Positions 61,447 to 64,000 of a stretch of DNA of 64,000 nucleotides are shown piece by piece. The notes beneath the pieces are model-generated. The model had not been told where the DNA came from. It saw nothing but the letters and a program-made list of their open reading frames with translations, and made no database searches. Source of the DNA: an uncultured Fibrobacterota bacterium. GTDB taxonomy: Bacteria; Fibrobacterota; Chitinivibrionia; Chitinivibrionales; FEN-1185. The number at the start of each line of letters is the position of its first letter. Within the stretch, counting starts at the first letter, position 1. The DNA lies in NCBI GenBank assembly GCA_963729895.1, contig CAVSQB010000014.1:1-64000 (forward strand), in the 5' to 3' direction. The position numbers and the translations under genes were made by a program.

Positions 61447-63316
61447 CTACATATTCCACGCCGCTTTCTTTTCCCGCATCATCCTTGACAAAAAGAGATA
61501 GAACGGCGGCAGAACAAAAAGGGTGAGGACAAGCGAAGAGGTAAGCCCGCCGACGATAACCGTGGCCATCGGACGCTGGATGTCCGAGCCTATGCCCGTG
61601 GCAAGCGCCGCAGGAACAAGCCCGAGCAGCGCCGGAAGCATCACCGCAATGATCGGCCTGAACTGGCTCAGCGCGGCCCGGTGAACCAATTCGGCGGTTA
61701 TCGGTCCCTTTTCGTCCCGCATCCGGTTTATGCAGGAAATCAGCAGTACGCCGGCCATTACCGACACGCCGAAGAGCGAGACAAAACCGACGCCGGCCGA
61801 TACGTTGAAATGATAGCCGCGAATGAGCAAGGCGCCTATGCCGCCGACAAGTGCAAACGGAACGTTCATGAGAACGAGGGCGGCGTCCTTGGCATTCTTG
61901 TACAGAGTGAAGAGGATGACAAAGATAATGATGATGGTGGATGGGATCACAAGCAGCAAACGGTTTCTTGCCCGCGAAAGATTTTCAAACTGGCCTCCCC
62001 ATTCCACGGAGTAGCCTTTGGGAAGATTGATTGCTTCTAAGACGAGTTTCTGGGCCTCGGCAACGAATCCGCCCTGGTCGCGGGCGTTTATGTTCGTGCG
62101 CACGGTGATTTCGCGCTCACCGCCGATCCCGCGCTGAATGATGGTAGGCCCGTCGACGATGGCAATATCGGCGAGTTCCGCAAGCGGGATCCGGGCGCCA
62201 GAAGGCGCCATCACCTGAAGTTTTTTCAACGCATCAACCGAATTGCGGTATTCGGGCGTGTACCTCACAACGATGTCGAAATGCCTTTCCCCATCGACAA
62301 GTTGACCGATGACCTTGCCGCCGATGGCGGCTTCGATCATGCTTTGCACGCCCGCGACGTTGATACCGTAGCGGGCGACGCGTTCGCGGTTGATGGTGAC
62401 ACGCACCTGCGCCTGATCGCCCTCCTGCTCGATTCCCCATTCGCTCGCGCCGCGGACCTTCTTCACAATGCCCAGGATCTTTTCCGCCAGTGAACGAAGA
62501 ACCCCAAGGTCTTCTCCGGAAACGGATACCGCAAGGTCCGCAACGCTGCCGGTTACATACTCGCTCAGGTTGTCCATAATGGGTTGTGAAAACGAAAATT
62601 CCGCGCCCGGAATTGCCCGCTGCAGCTCGTTCCGCAATTCATCCATAAGCTGTTTCTTGGATTTATTGCGCGTCCAGAGCGCATAGTCCTTGAGGCCGAC
62701 ATATACCTCGATGCGGTTCGGGCCGTAAGGGTCCCAGCCGTCGTCGTTTCTGCCCAGTTGCGGCACAACGCTCGAAACTTCCGGATGACCCCCGATGATG
62801 CAGCGCAGTATGGGCGGAATTCGGTTGGCTTCTTCAATGGAAATGGCGGTCGGCAGAAAACAGCGGATGTTGATTGATCCTTCGTCGAGCTCCGGCAGGA
62901 ATTCTGTGCCTACAAACCGGGCGCCGATGACGGCCGTAATAATTATGAGCATTCCGATACCGGTTACCGTCGCAGGACGCCGCAACAGGTGGTGCAGGCC
63001 TGTTGCGTAGGCCCTTTGCAGCCGTTCGATCAGGGCGTTGTGGTGTTCCACGGAAATAACATTCCCGGGAACCCAGAGCTTCCTGAACAATATCGACATA
63101 AGGACGGGAATAAGGGTGAGCGAGATAAGCAGGGAACCGAAAACGGCGCAGGCGAGCGTGCAGGCCATGGGAGAAAAAAGCTTGCCTTCAACGCGCTGCA
63201 GGGTAAAAATCGGCAGGTAGGCGAGAACGATTATTCCGACGGAAAAGAATACGTCTCGTCCGACAACCTGCGACGCGCCGATGGTGACCCAGCGGATCCC
63301 ATGTTGCTTCTCTGCG
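61447..63316 (-). pseudogene. CusA/CzcA-family RND efflux transporter, 5'-truncated by IS3
   Basis: LPIFTL..VEGKLFSPMA, FLPELDEG and QRPMATVIVGG. The frame runs into the IS end at 63317. Confidence 0.92.
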
Positions 63317-64000
63317 TGGCTATACCCCAATTACTTTCTCAGTCGAAATGGGAGTTTTCTCTTTGAATTGACCTCTGTATTCTTCAGGTGTTTTCCCCTT
63401 TAGTGATCCGTGTGGCCGTATCCGGTTGTAAATGTTCTTCCAATGTTCGATTATTCTTTCTGCGTCCTCTAATGAGATGAACCAGTTTTCATTCAAGCAT
63501 TGGTCCCTGAATATCGAATTGAATGATTCTACAAAAGCATTCTGGCTGGGCTTGCCGGGCTGAATGAATTCCTGCCTTACCTGGTTTCGTATTGCCCAGA
63601 GCATGAGTTCTTTGCTCCGGAATTCCGGGCCGTTATCAGTCAACAGAGCTTCCGGCTTTCCGTACCTGGCCACCAGGTGGTCTAGAACTTGGCAGACTCC
63701 TAGTGCTGGAATAGAACGTGCTACCTTGATTGCAAGAGCCTCACGGGTGCAGTCATCGACAACATTCAGGCATTTCAGCTTGCGCTTGTCGGAAGTACTG
63801 TCGAATATGAAATCCATTGACCAGCGACGGCTTGGCCGATCCGGCAGCGTCAACGGCATCCGTTGGCTATTGCGTTTCTGACGCCTCCTCCGCTTGCTTT
63901 TCTGAAGCGATTCTTCCTTGTAGAGCCGATGCACACGTTTGTGATTTACTATGTACCCAAGGTTGCGGAGATACCAATAAAGCGTCGGAAAGCCCCATGA
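63317..64000 (-). mobile_element. second IS3 copy, partial at the window edge
   Basis: Reads identical to 52506-53189, same orientation. Confidence 0.95.

Overview
Bacterial chromosome segment from a probable diderm anaerobe. The FISUMP/Fib_succ_major protein and several secreted proteins with FlgD/T9SS-like C-terminal tails suggest Fibrobacterota/Chitinivibrionia (inference). A GC-rich core runs from about 5.6 to 48.9 kb. It carries tRNA-Asp/Val/Glu, a 7TM-HD phosphodiesterase, tatA-tatC-tatB, rlmB, priA, purL/purQ, lepB, vapBC, an MltD-like transglycosylase and a CODH/ACS operon. Accessory DNA lies at 1-5.5 kb (katG, truncated DDE transposase, next to tRNA-Asp), at 13.4-14.85 kb (integrase remnant at tRNA-Glu) and at 49-64 kb (integrase/xis/rep element at a broken tRNA-Arg, plus two IS3 copies around secreted-protein cargo). 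The standout is the minus-strand operon cooC - core-MetE/MesB-like - cooC - cooS(acsA) - acsB::acsD - acsC. Acetyl-CoA synthase is fused in one 1172-aa ORF to the small CoFeSP subunit. No acsE is in the operon, but a folate-independent methionine synthase is. This suggests a module that routes methyl groups from acetyl-CoA via CoFeSP to homocysteine. A second unusual fusion is TatB/TatA joined to 5-formyl-THF cyclo-ligase. All calls come from reading the sequence by eye, and no database searches were run.
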